64,000 bases of DNA from a virus. Its lineage: Duplodnaviria; Heunggongvirae; Uroviricota; Caudoviricetes. The translations under genes and the position numbers were made by a program. The notes below the pieces were generated by a model, which did no database searches, had not been told where the DNA came from, and saw nothing but the letters and a program-made list of their open reading frames with translations. The DNA lies in the IMG/VR virus record IMGVR_UViG_3300023184_000031, positions 106,256 to 170,255 of that record, one strand, 5' to 3'. This document shows positions 10,060-20,091 of this stretch, one piece after another; within the stretch, counting starts at the first letter, position 1; the number at the start of each line of letters is the position of its first letter.

Positions 10060-10983
10060 ATGAAAAAACAACATACACTCTGGATTGAAAAATATAGATC
10101 ACAAACCCTAGAACAATACATTGGAAACGATGCTGTTAAAAGTCGTATTGCTGATTGTATTGAATCTAATGACATACCGCATTTTATCTTTTCTGGTACT
10201 GCTGGTACCGGCAAAACAACCTTAGCCAAATTAATAGTATCCAACATCAAATGTGATTATCTCTACCTAAACGCTTCGGACGAAAACGGTATTGATATGA
10301 TCAGAGATAAAGTAAAGGGATTTGCTTCATCTGCTACATTTAACCCCCTTAAAGTAGTAATATTGGATGAAGCAGATTTCCTTACCCAACCAGCACAAGC
10401 AGCACTTCGTAACATTATTGAAGAGTATTCTATTAATACACGTTTCATATTAACATGTAATTATATTGAACGTTTGATTGAACCACTAACATCACGTTGT
10501 GAGATTAATATACTGAAGCCACCATCAATGCCTGATGTAGCTAGACATATCTGTACTAATATATTAGATGTTGAAGGTGTTACTTATAATATTAAGGAAG
10601 TAGCTATGGTGGTTAAGGAATATTATCCTGACATTAGATCAGTTATCAAGTATTTACAAGCCGGTAGTAAAGATAATAAATTTACATACACAGTATCGAA
10701 TATAGATTGGTTATCTAGCGTTATAGAAACGTTAAAAGCGCGTGATAAGAAAGCCTGGTATACTATTCGTCAAATAGTAGCCGACGCTCAAGTCGATGAT
10801 TTTCAAGTTGCTTATCGCTATATGTTTGAACACCTAGATAAATATAGCCACGGACATGATGCTGAAATATCAGTTATATTAGATGATTTCATTTGGAGAT
10901 CAGGTGTAGTACCAGATAAAGAAATTAACTTTGCAGCGTGTATAGCTAAAATATTAGAAATAAATAAAAAACAAATATTATAA
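10060..10983 (+). CDS. Clamp loader ATPase (RFC small subunit / gp44-like AAA+).
   Basis: Walker A 'SGTAGTGKTT'. Walker B 'ILDEAD'. SRC motif 'LTSRCEI'. N-terminal 'LWIEKYRSQTLEQYIGND'. Confidence 0.85.
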   Translation: MKKQHTLWIEKYRSQTLEQYIGNDAVKSRIADCIESNDIPHFIFSGTAGTGKTTLAKLIVSNIKCDYLYLNASDENGIDMIRDKVKGFASSATFNPLKVVILDEADFLTQPAQAALRNIIEEYSINTRFILTCNYIERLIEPLTSRCEINILKPPSMPDVARHICTNILDVEGVTYNIKEVAMVVKEYYPDIRSVIKYLQAGSKDNKFTYTVSNIDWLSSVIETLKARDKKAWYTIRQIVADAQVDDFQVAYRYMFEHLDKYSHGHDAEISVILDDFIWRSGVVPDKEINFAACIAKILEINKKQIL

Positions 10984-11231
10984 TGGAACAACAACAACAA
11001 GAAGTCAGACTTGATTTAAGTCAAACAACTCCAATAACATGTGAATGTGGAAATTCATTCTTTCAAGAAGTAGTAATGCTTCGTAAATGGTCTCGCTTTG
11101 CCTCAGGACTACCTACAGATCAAAATGTTCCTATTCCTGTAGTAATCTGTACTGAATGTAAAAAAATTAATAATGAAACTCTTCCACCAGCAGTTAAAGC
11201 TTTAATGGATAAAGAAAAAGAAAATGCTTAA
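10983..11231 (+). CDS. Zinc-ribbon protein.
   Basis: 'CECGNSFF...VICTECKK' two CxxC-like pairs. ATGA overlap with the clamp loader. Confidence 0.45.
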   Translation: MEQQQQEVRLDLSQTTPITCECGNSFFQEVVMLRKWSRFASGLPTDQNVPIPVVICTECKKINNETLPPAVKALMDKEKENA

Positions 11232-11508
11232 TATATTTAAACAAATAAAAACAATAATAATGAAAAAAGAAGAAACTGAAACTATGAAGCAACAGATTGC
11301 TGAGGCAATATCTGTAGCACAAAGATTAGGAGCTGAAAATGTTCAATTAAGACAGACCAATAGTGACTTGACTGCTGCTAATGCCAAATTAACAGAAGAA
11401 TTTAATTCCGCTATTGAACGTGTACGATATCTAGCAGAACAAGTTAGAATGAAAGAAGCACAACAAACAGCATCAGAAAGATTTAACGATAACGATAGAA
11501 GTTATTAA
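11224..11508 (+). CDS. Coiled-coil hypothetical protein.
   Basis: ORF with heptad-like Ala/Gln/Glu-rich sequence. Confidence 0.45.
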   Translation: MLNIFKQIKTIIMKKEETETMKQQIAEAISVAQRLGAENVQLRQTNSDLTAANAKLTEEFNSAIERVRYLAEQVRMKEAQQTASERFNDNDRSY

Positions 11509-11885
11509 TGAATATATTTGATCATATAAAGAATATTACAACTACAAAGGGTCCATACCTAGGTGACGAGGGATGGAATAACTGGATGGTCAATCGCTAT
11601 CTAAGTATGGATCAAGAGTATTGTGAAGTAGTAAATTATGTCCAAAAGAACACTTGGCAGATGAAGGGTGAATATCTATACAACCTATATAAGGATCTCA
11701 TTCCACAGCAATACAAGTATCTTAAGTATATTAAATCTACTAAGAAAAAAGACTATAAATTAGAAGATATAGAAGCAGTACAAGCATACTTTGAAATTAG
11801 TAAGAAAGAAGCTAAGGAATATATTGATATGATCGATAAAACTGAACTAGAAACTATTAAACAACAAATTAATGGGGTATATTAG
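11508..11885 (+). CDS. Hypothetical protein.
   Basis: ORF overlapping its neighbours at both ends. Confidence 0.45.
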   Translation: MNIFDHIKNITTTKGPYLGDEGWNNWMVNRYLSMDQEYCEVVNYVQKNTWQMKGEYLYNLYKDLIPQQYKYLKYIKSTKKKDYKLEDIEAVQAYFEISKKEAKEYIDMIDKTELETIKQQINGVY

Positions 11886-12198
11886 TGATGCAAAATCATT
11901 TCAAGAATTTACAAAATATATAGAGAAAAAGAATATGATAACAAAAGACATAATTACAGATCTAGTAATAGAAGATTTAACATCTAGAGCAGAGCGTGGG
12001 TATAAAAAATATAACACTACTCTAGGTGAAAATAACCATCAAAATATGCTTCAACATGCCTATGAGGAAGCACTAGATCTAGCTCAATATCTTAAAAAAG
12101 AGATTGTAACAATGAATACAATTCAAGACTTATTAGAAAATCATCCAAACGATTCTGAATTAGGGTACGCAATAAGAAGAGTGTATGGCAAAAAGTAA
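11872..12198 (+). CDS. Hypothetical protein.
   Basis: ORF. Confidence 0.45.
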   Translation: MGYISDAKSFQEFTKYIEKKNMITKDIITDLVIEDLTSRAERGYKKYNTTLGENNHQNMLQHAYEEALDLAQYLKKEIVTMNTIQDLLENHPNDSELGYAIRRVYGKK

Positions 12199-13129
12199 AC
12201 TATCAGAAATTGAAATACGAATTAAGAATCATACTCCCCCAGAAATAAATTATTCATTTCAACGGAATGTATCTTATTCACAATATTCAATTTATGCTAC
12301 CTGTCCTCACCAATGGTATCTCTCATATGTAGAGAATAAAAACCCATACCAGGCATCAATACATACTGTGTTTGGAACTGCATTTCATGAAACATTACAA
12401 AAATATATTGAGGTAATGTATAATGAGAGTGGAGCAGCCGCTGATAGATTAGATTTAGAAACATTATTCCAGGAGCGCTTTAAAGAAACATATTCTCAGG
12501 AATATGAGAAAACAAAAGAACACTTCAGCAACCCAGGTGAAATGAGAGATTTCTACGATGATGGAATAGCAATAATAAAATGGATTAAAGCTAGACGAAA
12601 CAAACTATTTACTATTCGTAAAGTAAAATTGCTGGGAATAGAAATGCCTTTATTAGTAGGCCTAACAAAAAACGTATACTTAAAAGGTTACATTGACTTT
12701 ATATTATATGATGAAGATTTAAAAAAAGTTTATATATATGACATCAAAACCTCGACGCGCGGGTGGGGCGACAGAGAAAAGAAAGACGATAATAAAATCG
12801 CTCAAATCCTCCTTTATAAAGAATATTTCGGAAGGCAATTTGGATTCGACGTTGATAGAATCGAAGTTGAATACTTTATTGTCAAAAGAAAAATTTGGGA
12901 AGAATCTGAATTTCCAATCCCCCGGGTTCAATCCTTTAAGCCCGCTAGCGGTAAAACCAAAAGAAAACAAGCAGTAGAAAGTCTTAATAGCTTTATTAAA
13001 GACTGTTTCGATGAAAGTGGAAAGCCACAAATAAAATCATACCTTAAAAATACAGGTGAGAAAAGTTGCAAATGGTGTCCTTACGCAGATAAACCAGAAC
13101 TCTGCGATAAAACTGCGGTTTCTGTATAG
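12185..13129 (+). CDS. Cas4/RecB-like PD-(D/E)XK nuclease with Fe-S cysteine cluster.
   Basis: N-terminal 'ATCPHQWYLSY' (Cys + QhxxY). 'GYIDFILYDED...YIYDIKTS' (D...E/D-x-K). C-terminal 'CKWCPYADKPELC' (CxxC...C). Confidence 0.75.
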   Translation: MAKSKLSEIEIRIKNHTPPEINYSFQRNVSYSQYSIYATCPHQWYLSYVENKNPYQASIHTVFGTAFHETLQKYIEVMYNESGAAADRLDLETLFQERFKETYSQEYEKTKEHFSNPGEMRDFYDDGIAIIKWIKARRNKLFTIRKVKLLGIEMPLLVGLTKNVYLKGYIDFILYDEDLKKVYIYDIKTSTRGWGDREKKDDNKIAQILLYKEYFGRQFGFDVDRIEVEYFIVKRKIWEESEFPIPRVQSFKPASGKTKRKQAVESLNSFIKDCFDESGKPQIKSYLKNTGEKSCKWCPYADKPELCDKTAVSV

Positions 13130-13158
13130 TCGTATATATTTATATAAAATAATATATT

Positions 13159-13350
13159 ATGGCAAAAATGCAATTAACATCCGTAAAGATTCCTGAGGGT
13201 TTATTTGAACAATTTAAAATTGCGTGTGTTAGGTATAAATTTAGCGTACAGAAATTAACAGAACGTTCAATGTTCTTATACTTAACAGACGAAGAATACA
13301 GAAAAAATATTCATAACACTTTAGACACACAATTTACAGGAAGTATTTAA
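13159..13350 (+). CDS. Small ribbon-helix-helix-like putative regulator.
   Basis: 63 aa 'VKIPEGLFEQFKIACVRYKFSVQKLTERSMFLYL' fits a beta-strand + two-helix CopG/Arc pattern. Preceded by the motif 'tatatatttatataaaataatatattatgg'. Confidence 0.35.
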   Translation: MAKMQLTSVKIPEGLFEQFKIACVRYKFSVQKLTERSMFLYLTDEEYRKNIHNTLDTQFTGSI

Positions 13351-13360
13351 AAACAGTTAC

Positions 13361-14821
13361 ATGAAAGAAGGTTACATTCCCCAAGCACAACGAAAAAAAA
13401 TCCTATTACTTTGCGATGACATTAGAATGACATCAGGTATCTCTACAATGGCTAGAGAAATTGTATTAGGTACAGCCCATCATTACAATTGGGTAAATTT
13501 AGGTGGAGCCATCAACCACCCAGATCAAGGTAAACGATTTGATCTTAACGCAGATACAAATCAACATGCTGAAATAGACGATGCTAATGTTATCTTATAT
13601 CCTACTAATGGATATGGTGATCCAATGCTCCTAAAACAAATGATTCAAATGGAAAAACCAGATGCAATCATGATGTTTACTGATCCAAGATATTGGGTTT
13701 GGTTATTTCAAATGGAACATGAGATTAGAAAAGAAATGCCTATTATTTATCTTAATATTTGGGATGATTTACCTTACCCAATGTATAATAAGTCATTCTA
13801 TGAATCATGCGACGCATTATTAGCAATTAGCAAACAAACAGAAAATATCAATCATTGCGTTTTAGGAGCAGAAATATCAGCTGAAAAAACAATTAAGTAT
13901 GTTCCACACGGTATTAATGAAAAATTCTTCTTTCCTATTACTAAAGAACATCCAGAATACTTATCATTACAAGAATTTAAAAAACAATTATATGGAGATA
14001 AATCGTACGATTTTACTTTACTATATAATGCGCGTAACATCCGCCGTAAATGTGTTCCTGATCTAATGCTTGCCTGGAAGATATTCGTTGATGAATTACC
14101 AGAAGATAAAGCAAAGAAAACAGCATTAGTACTTCACACACAACCTATAGATGAAAATGGTACTGACCTATACGCAGTAAAAGATATGTTATTCGGTAAC
14201 GAAGAAAAATACAATATTATCTTTGATCAAGGTAGATATCCATCAAACGTAATGAATCTAATGTATAACGCTACTGACGGATGTGCTTTAATCAGCTCAA
14301 ATGAAGGATGGGGATTATCATTAACTGAAGCAATGATTTGTGGAAAACCAATTATAGCAACAGTAACAGGTGGTATGCAAGATCAAATGCGCTTTGAAGA
14401 TGAAGATGGTAATTGGATTAAATTTACTGAAGAATTTGGCTCAAACCATAGAGGAAAATATAAAAAACATGGCAAGTGGGCATACCCAGTATTCCCAAGC
14501 AATTTATCAATTGTAGGTTCAATTCCAACACCTTATATCTTCGATGATAGAGCAGAACCATTTGATATAGCAGCTCAAATATCAGCCTTATATGAAACTA
14601 AAATGACAATGCCTGAACAATATGCTGAAGAATGTAAAGCGGCTCACGAATGGGTTCATTCGGATGAATCAATGATGACAGCAAAACATATGGCGGATAA
14701 TATAATTGAAGGCATTGATGCAACCTTTGCTAAATGGCAACCACGTCATAGATTCGAATTAATTCAAGTAGAAACACCAAAACAACCTAAACATTACGTA
14801 AAACACGCAATCGCAAAATAA
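13361..14821 (+). CDS. Glycosyltransferase, GT-B fold (GT4-like).
   Basis: C-terminal 'ISSNEGWGLSLTEAMICGKPIIATVTGG' matches the GT4 E-x7-E region. Confidence 0.75.
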   Translation: MKEGYIPQAQRKKILLLCDDIRMTSGISTMAREIVLGTAHHYNWVNLGGAINHPDQGKRFDLNADTNQHAEIDDANVILYPTNGYGDPMLLKQMIQMEKPDAIMMFTDPRYWVWLFQMEHEIRKEMPIIYLNIWDDLPYPMYNKSFYESCDALLAISKQTENINHCVLGAEISAEKTIKYVPHGINEKFFFPITKEHPEYLSLQEFKKQLYGDKSYDFTLLYNARNIRRKCVPDLMLAWKIFVDELPEDKAKKTALVLHTQPIDENGTDLYAVKDMLFGNEEKYNIIFDQGRYPSNVMNLMYNATDGCALISSNEGWGLSLTEAMICGKPIIATVTGGMQDQMRFEDEDGNWIKFTEEFGSNHRGKYKKHGKWAYPVFPSNLSIVGSIPTPYIFDDRAEPFDIAAQISALYETKMTMPEQYAEECKAAHEWVHSDESMMTAKHMADNIIEGIDATFAKWQPRHRFELIQVETPKQPKHYVKHAIAK

Positions 14822-14826
14822 GTTAT

Positions 14827-16137
14827 ATGAAACCACTATTTTTTATTAGCTGTCCGATCGACACGTACAGCGGCTACGGAGCACGTAGTAGAGATATTGT
14901 AAAAGCGCTTTTAAAATCGGATAAATACGACATTAAAATTATACCACAGAGATGGGGATCTACCCCATTTGGGTTTTTACAAGCAAATAACCCTGAACAT
15001 AAGCAAATTTTAGATTGTTGCTGGAATCAACCCCAACTACCTAAACAACCAGATGTTTGGATGCAAATTACAGTACCAAATGAATTTCAAGCAGTTGGTA
15101 AATTCAATATTGGTATGACAGCAGGTATTGAAACAACAGTATGTGATCCTAGCTGGATAGAAGGATTAAATAGAATGAACCTAAATCTAGTATCATCAGA
15201 ACATGCTAAAAAAGTATTTGAACAATCAATATTTGAACAACGTGATAAAAATCAAGGCGACAAGGTAGTTGCTACTATTAAATTAGAAAAACCAGTTGAA
15301 GTATTATTTGAAGGAGCAGATACAAATATATATCAAAAATTAGATGCTGTTGCTGGTAATAGTGAAGTAGGAGATGTATTAGATACAATTAATGAAGAAT
15401 TTAATTATCTATTTGTAGGCCATTGGTTGCAAGGCGATTTAGGACAAGATAGAAAAGATACAGGTATGTTAATTAAGATATTCCTTGAAACATTTAAAGG
15501 AAAAACTAAAAAGCCAGGCCTTGTTCTTAAAACATCATCTGCTACATATTCAATTATGGACAGAGAAGAAATATTAGAAAAAATAAATAAAATACGTGCT
15601 CATGTAGGTGATGATGGTACATTACCTAATGTCTACTTACTACATGGTGAATTAGAAGATAGCGAAGTAAATGAATTATATAATCACCCTAAAATAAAAG
15701 CACACGTATCATTTACTAAAGGAGAAGGATATGGTAGACCATTACTTGAAGCATCAATTAGCCAAAAACCAGTAATTGCTTCTAATTATAGCGGCCATAT
15801 TGATTTTCTAGAGGCTGAAATGTCGGTATTATTACCCGGACAAGTAACACAAATTCATCCTTCAGCAGTAGTACAGAATATGCTATTACCTGAATCAGGT
15901 TGGTTTACAGTTGATTATAAGAAAGCATCTGAAACATTAGAAGATGTTTATAAGAACTATAAAAACTATCTTGATGGGGCAAAAAGACAAGCGTATCGTT
16001 CACGTACTGAGTTTAGTTTAGATAAAATGGGTGAAAAATTAATTTCAATAATTGATGAAAAAGTACCTAAACCGGTTCAATTAAAACTCCCACAACTGAA
16101 GAAAATCGAATTACCTAAACTAAAAAAAGTAGATTAA
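14827..16137 (+). CDS. Glycosyltransferase, GT-B fold (GT4-like).
   Basis: 'FTKGEGYGRPLLEASISQKPVIASNYSGHIDFL' motif. Confidence 0.7.
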   Translation: MKPLFFISCPIDTYSGYGARSRDIVKALLKSDKYDIKIIPQRWGSTPFGFLQANNPEHKQILDCCWNQPQLPKQPDVWMQITVPNEFQAVGKFNIGMTAGIETTVCDPSWIEGLNRMNLNLVSSEHAKKVFEQSIFEQRDKNQGDKVVATIKLEKPVEVLFEGADTNIYQKLDAVAGNSEVGDVLDTINEEFNYLFVGHWLQGDLGQDRKDTGMLIKIFLETFKGKTKKPGLVLKTSSATYSIMDREEILEKINKIRAHVGDDGTLPNVYLLHGELEDSEVNELYNHPKIKAHVSFTKGEGYGRPLLEASISQKPVIASNYSGHIDFLEAEMSVLLPGQVTQIHPSAVVQNMLLPESGWFTVDYKKASETLEDVYKNYKNYLDGAKRQAYRSRTEFSLDKMGEKLISIIDEKVPKPVQLKLPQLKKIELPKLKKVD

Positions 16138-16138
16138 T

Positions 16139-16378
16139 ATGACACCAAACGAATTTATAACATGGTTTAAAGGATTTGCTCAAGCAGCAAGTAATTATAC
16201 CCTTACACCATCCCAATGGGATATTGTTAAAGACCAATTAGATAAAGTAAATACAGAGGAAAAAACAAAAGGAACTAGATATACATTAGATGCTAGTAAT
16301 TGGAATACTACTTCCACAGGAAAAATAACAGATACTACTTATAAACAAGATGAATTAACAACAAATACAGTATTTTAA
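16139..16378 (+). CDS. Hypothetical protein.
   Basis: ORF. Confidence 0.4.
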   Translation: MTPNEFITWFKGFAQAASNYTLTPSQWDIVKDQLDKVNTEEKTKGTRYTLDASNWNTTSTGKITDTTYKQDELTTNTVF

Positions 16379-16771
16379 ATGACAGAAAAACTAATAGACT
16401 GCCCTAGATGCGGATCAAACGCTTGTAGCGAAATGTCAGATGGTAAAGTATCTATCTGGATTTGTATGGGATGTGGATTTACCTCAAATACCACCATTAC
16501 CGATCTTAATAAAGAACAAATGGAAACTACGCTACCAGAGTTATATAAAGCACTTAGATATAAAGATCAAAATGGAAAATATTGGTATCCTAATAGCGTA
16601 ATGCTAGAAGATAAATCAATGGTGTTTGCTGAGGGTGTATCAATAGAAAATTGGAAATGGTCAGCTGTACAATCGAAAGATGGTAAAGCAGATATGACAA
16701 CAAAACAAGAATTTCCTGAACGCGAATTTATGGACGCGTTAGAATATATTGGTTACTTTAACGGAAAATAA
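16379..16771 (+). CDS. Zinc-ribbon protein.
   Basis: 'CPRCGSNAC...WICMGCGF'. Confidence 0.45.
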   Translation: MTEKLIDCPRCGSNACSEMSDGKVSIWICMGCGFTSNTTITDLNKEQMETTLPELYKALRYKDQNGKYWYPNSVMLEDKSMVFAEGVSIENWKWSAVQSKDGKADMTTKQEFPEREFMDALEYIGYFNGK

Positions 16772-16777
16772 TAATTT

Positions 16778-17434
16778 ATGAAAATTAGTTATGGATTGAC
16801 AGCTTGGATTGAACACCAAGAGTTAGATAGGTTACTAACCTTCTTAAAACCTAGAATAGAGGATGAAGATGAGATTATAATTGTTTATGATCAAAATAGA
16901 GCTACTCCCGAAGTAATGGCCATTATGGAAAATTTTAAAAGAGATAATTATAGATATTATCCATTTAATTTCCAACAAGATTGGTTAGCCAACAAAAATT
17001 ATTTAGGAAGCATGTGTACAGGAGATTATATATTCCAAATAGATGCAGATGAATTACCAAATGAATTTTTGCTACAAAATATAAAAATTCTATTAGAAAA
17101 CAATCCCGCAGATGTGTTTATTATTCCTAGAATTAATCTTGTTGAAGATCTCACCCCAGAACATATCCAACAGTGGGGATGGAGAGTAAATGAAAAAGGA
17201 TGGGTTAATTTTCCCGATCCTCAAAAACGCTTATATCGTAATGATCCTTCCATTCAATGGCGTGATCCTGAAGGTCAACCTCAAGTACATGGAATGGTGA
17301 CAGGATATAAAACATATGCTGAATTACCTTATGAAGAAGAATGGTCACTATATCATATGAAACATATTACTAAACAAGAATATCAAAATAGAGTATATGA
17401 TATTGTATTAAAAGGAGGAAAAAGAAATGACTAA
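16778..17434 (+). CDS. Putative GT-A fold glycosyltransferase.
   Basis: 'IIIVYDQN' and DxD-like 'QIDADE'. Assignment is weak. Confidence 0.35.
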   Translation: MKISYGLTAWIEHQELDRLLTFLKPRIEDEDEIIIVYDQNRATPEVMAIMENFKRDNYRYYPFNFQQDWLANKNYLGSMCTGDYIFQIDADELPNEFLLQNIKILLENNPADVFIIPRINLVEDLTPEHIQQWGWRVNEKGWVNFPDPQKRLYRNDPSIQWRDPEGQPQVHGMVTGYKTYAELPYEEEWSLYHMKHITKQEYQNRVYDIVLKGGKRND

Positions 17435-18377
17435 AACAGCTTTTATAACAGGAATATCTGGACAAGATGGATCTTTATTGGCTGAGTTTCTTTTAGGTAA
17501 AGGATATAAAGTTTATGGGTTGATGAGAGAAAATTCATCAAAGGATAATTTAGAAGATATTATTAATAATAAAAATCTTTATATTATATATGGTGATTCT
17601 TTAAATAATGAATTAATACGTTATTTACTAGAAACATATCAATTTGATGAAATATATAATTTAGCTTCTCAAAGTAATATTAGATTAAGTTATGATAATC
17701 CTTTAATTACATTTAATGTAACATTAATAGGAACACTTATACTATTAGAAAATATCAAAAAATATTCTCTTAAATCAAAAATATTTCAAGCCGGTTCATC
17801 AGCTATGTTTGGAAATTCAATTGATAAAGATGGATTTCAAAGAGAAACATCCCCATTCAAACCAATCAGTCCATATGCTTCCTCTAAATTATTTGCTTTT
17901 AATGTTAGCAATAATTATAGAGAAAATAATGGATTATACGTGGTTAATGGGATATTATACAATCATGAATCTTTTAAATCAAAAACATTACTTGGTGTTA
18001 CGAATAATATAATTAAACATATTACTAATATTAAAAAAGGTATTATATCTGAATATTATGTACCTAATTTTAAAGTTTATTTAGATATAGGCAATGCTGA
18101 AGATTATATAGAAGCAATGTGGCTAACTCTACAACAAGCAAAACCGGATGATTATATTATATCTACCGGTATATTAAATAGCATAGAACATATATGTCAA
18201 TATACTTGTTCTAAACTTAATTTAGATTATAAGCAATGTATCAAAACTGAAAGTAATTCAATAGAGTTACCTAAATTAAAAGGAGATTCATCCAAATTAA
18301 AATCAATAGGATGGAATCCAAAATATACATTTGAAAATACAATGGATGAAATTATTAACTTTTATATTACCTTATGA
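17427..18377 (+). CDS. gmd: GDP-mannose 4,6-dehydratase.
   Basis: 'AFITGISGQDGSLLAEFLLGKGYKVYGLMR'. 'SPYASSKLFAFNVSNNYRENNGLYVVNGILYNHES'. Confidence 0.85.
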   Translation: MTKTAFITGISGQDGSLLAEFLLGKGYKVYGLMRENSSKDNLEDIINNKNLYIIYGDSLNNELIRYLLETYQFDEIYNLASQSNIRLSYDNPLITFNVTLIGTLILLENIKKYSLKSKIFQAGSSAMFGNSIDKDGFQRETSPFKPISPYASSKLFAFNVSNNYRENNGLYVVNGILYNHESFKSKTLLGVTNNIIKHITNIKKGIISEYYVPNFKVYLDIGNAEDYIEAMWLTLQQAKPDDYIISTGILNSIEHICQYTCSKLNLDYKQCIKTESNSIELPKLKGDSSKLKSIGWNPKYTFENTMDEIINFYITL

Positions 18378-19273
18378 AAATATTAGTTACAGGAGGAAAG
18401 GGTTTAGTTGGTTCTGCCATAAATGCAGATATTAAAATAGGAAGAGAGTTTGACTTAACTTCTCAGATAGAAACTAATATGGCGTTTGAATTACACAAAC
18501 CAACACATGTTATTCATTGTGCTGGGAAAGTAGGTGGAGTTGGTAGTAATATGAAATATAAGGGAGAATTTTTTTATGATAACATAATGATTAATACTAA
18601 TGTTATCGAATCTTGTAGAAAACATAACATTGAGAAATTATTGGCCTTCTTATCTACATGTATTTTTCCAGATAATGTTGAATATCCATTAAATGAAAAA
18701 AAAATTCATATAGGCCCTCCTCATACTTCTAATGACGCTTATGCATATGCAAAACGTATGTCAGACATACAAATAAGAGCATATAAAGAACAATACGGAC
18801 TAAATTACACCTCAGTAATACCAACTAATATATATGGAATTAATGATAATTTTTCATTAGAAAATGGGCATGTCATTCCAATGTTAATGCATAAATTATA
18901 TTTAGCCCAAAAAAATAACACAGATTTTATTGTATGGGGTAGCGGAAAACCATTAAGGGAATTTATATATTCTAAAGATATTGCAAAATTATCTGAATGG
19001 GCAATTGAGAACTATAATGAGATAGAACCTATTATCTTTACTAACTCACAAGAAATTAGTATAATGAATTTAGTTGATTTATTAGTTAAAGAGTTTAACT
19101 TTAAGGGTAAAGTCGTATTTGACTCAACAAAACCTGATGGTCAATTTAGAAAACCTTCGGATAATAGTAAACTAAAATCATATTTACCTGATTTTCAATT
19201 TACATCGATTGAAATAGGTATTAAAGAAACTGTAAAATGGTTTATTGAAAATTATGAAAATATAAGAAAATAA
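18374..19273 (+). CDS. GDP-4-keto-6-deoxymannose 3,5-epimerase/4-reductase (Fcl/ColC-like SDR).
   Basis: 'KILVTGGKGLVGSAI'. 'YAYAKRM'. 'PTNIYGINDNFSLENGHVIPMLMHK' resembles Fcl 'NLYGPHDNF..SHVIPAL'. Confidence 0.75.
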   Translation: MKILVTGGKGLVGSAINADIKIGREFDLTSQIETNMAFELHKPTHVIHCAGKVGGVGSNMKYKGEFFYDNIMINTNVIESCRKHNIEKLLAFLSTCIFPDNVEYPLNEKKIHIGPPHTSNDAYAYAKRMSDIQIRAYKEQYGLNYTSVIPTNIYGINDNFSLENGHVIPMLMHKLYLAQKNNTDFIVWGSGKPLREFIYSKDIAKLSEWAIENYNEIEPIIFTNSQEISIMNLVDLLVKEFNFKGKVVFDSTKPDGQFRKPSDNSKLKSYLPDFQFTSIEIGIKETVKWFIENYENIRK

Positions 19274-19275
19274 AT

Positions 19276-20088
19276 ATGAAATTATTTATAAGCCATATTA
19301 ACAAAGATCTTTTAGAAAAAAAATTAAAATTTATAAAACATATAGATTTTTCTTTATTTGTAGATGCAACCCCTCAATCTTTAGATGATTTATCTTCTAT
19401 TAATATATTAATACTTCAAGAACCAAATGAATATTTTGGTTTACATGATTGGGCTATAAAAAATAAAGATTTATTTTCTTTTATATTAACATGGAATGAT
19501 AAAGTAATTAATAATTGTGAAAATGCTATCTTTTTACCTTTTGGCCATACCTGGTTTAAACCAGAACAATATAAAAAAAACCATCAAAAACAGTTTCAGT
19601 TATCTCATTTATGTGGTAAATTATTAAAAACCTATGGTCATTCCTTAAGACATGAATTGTTAGCTAGACAAAATGAAATAAAAATACCCCTTAAATTTTT
19701 TGATGTTTATGGTGATAGATATAATATTGAAGAGGCTAGATTAGGAAAAGAATTTATTTTTAGCGATTCAATGTTTGGAGTAGCTATTGAAAATACTTCC
19801 CATAATGGTTATTTCACAGAAAAAATACTAGATTGTTTTTTATTGAAAACAATTCCCGTATATTGGGGATGTTCATCTATATCAAATTTCTTTAGGCAAG
19901 ATGGAATTATTACATTTAATAATATTGATGATTTTATTGTTAAAGTTAACCAATTAGATGAAATCTATTATAATGATCGTCTAAAGATTATTGAAGAAAA
20001 CTATCAATTAGCTCTCCAATATGTTGATTATGAACAAAACATAATAAATAAAATAACAGAAATATTTAAATTAAATAATTTAATATAA
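19276..20088 (+). CDS. GT10-like alpha-1,3-fucosyltransferase family protein.
   Basis: 'FGVAIENTSHNGYFTEKILDCFLLKTIPVYWG' matches the GT10 motif (F..AFENS...Y.TEK...A...G.VPVV). Confidence 0.6.
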   Translation: MKLFISHINKDLLEKKLKFIKHIDFSLFVDATPQSLDDLSSINILILQEPNEYFGLHDWAIKNKDLFSFILTWNDKVINNCENAIFLPFGHTWFKPEQYKKNHQKQFQLSHLCGKLLKTYGHSLRHELLARQNEIKIPLKFFDVYGDRYNIEEARLGKEFIFSDSMFGVAIENTSHNGYFTEKILDCFLLKTIPVYWGCSSISNFFRQDGIITFNNIDDFIVKVNQLDEIYYNDRLKIIEENYQLALQYVDYEQNIINKITEIFKLNNLI

Positions 20089-20091
20089 TAC

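Noticed and set aside
17809-18012. + strand 67-aa ORF.
   Set aside because: Out-of-frame ORF inside the well-supported gmd gene.
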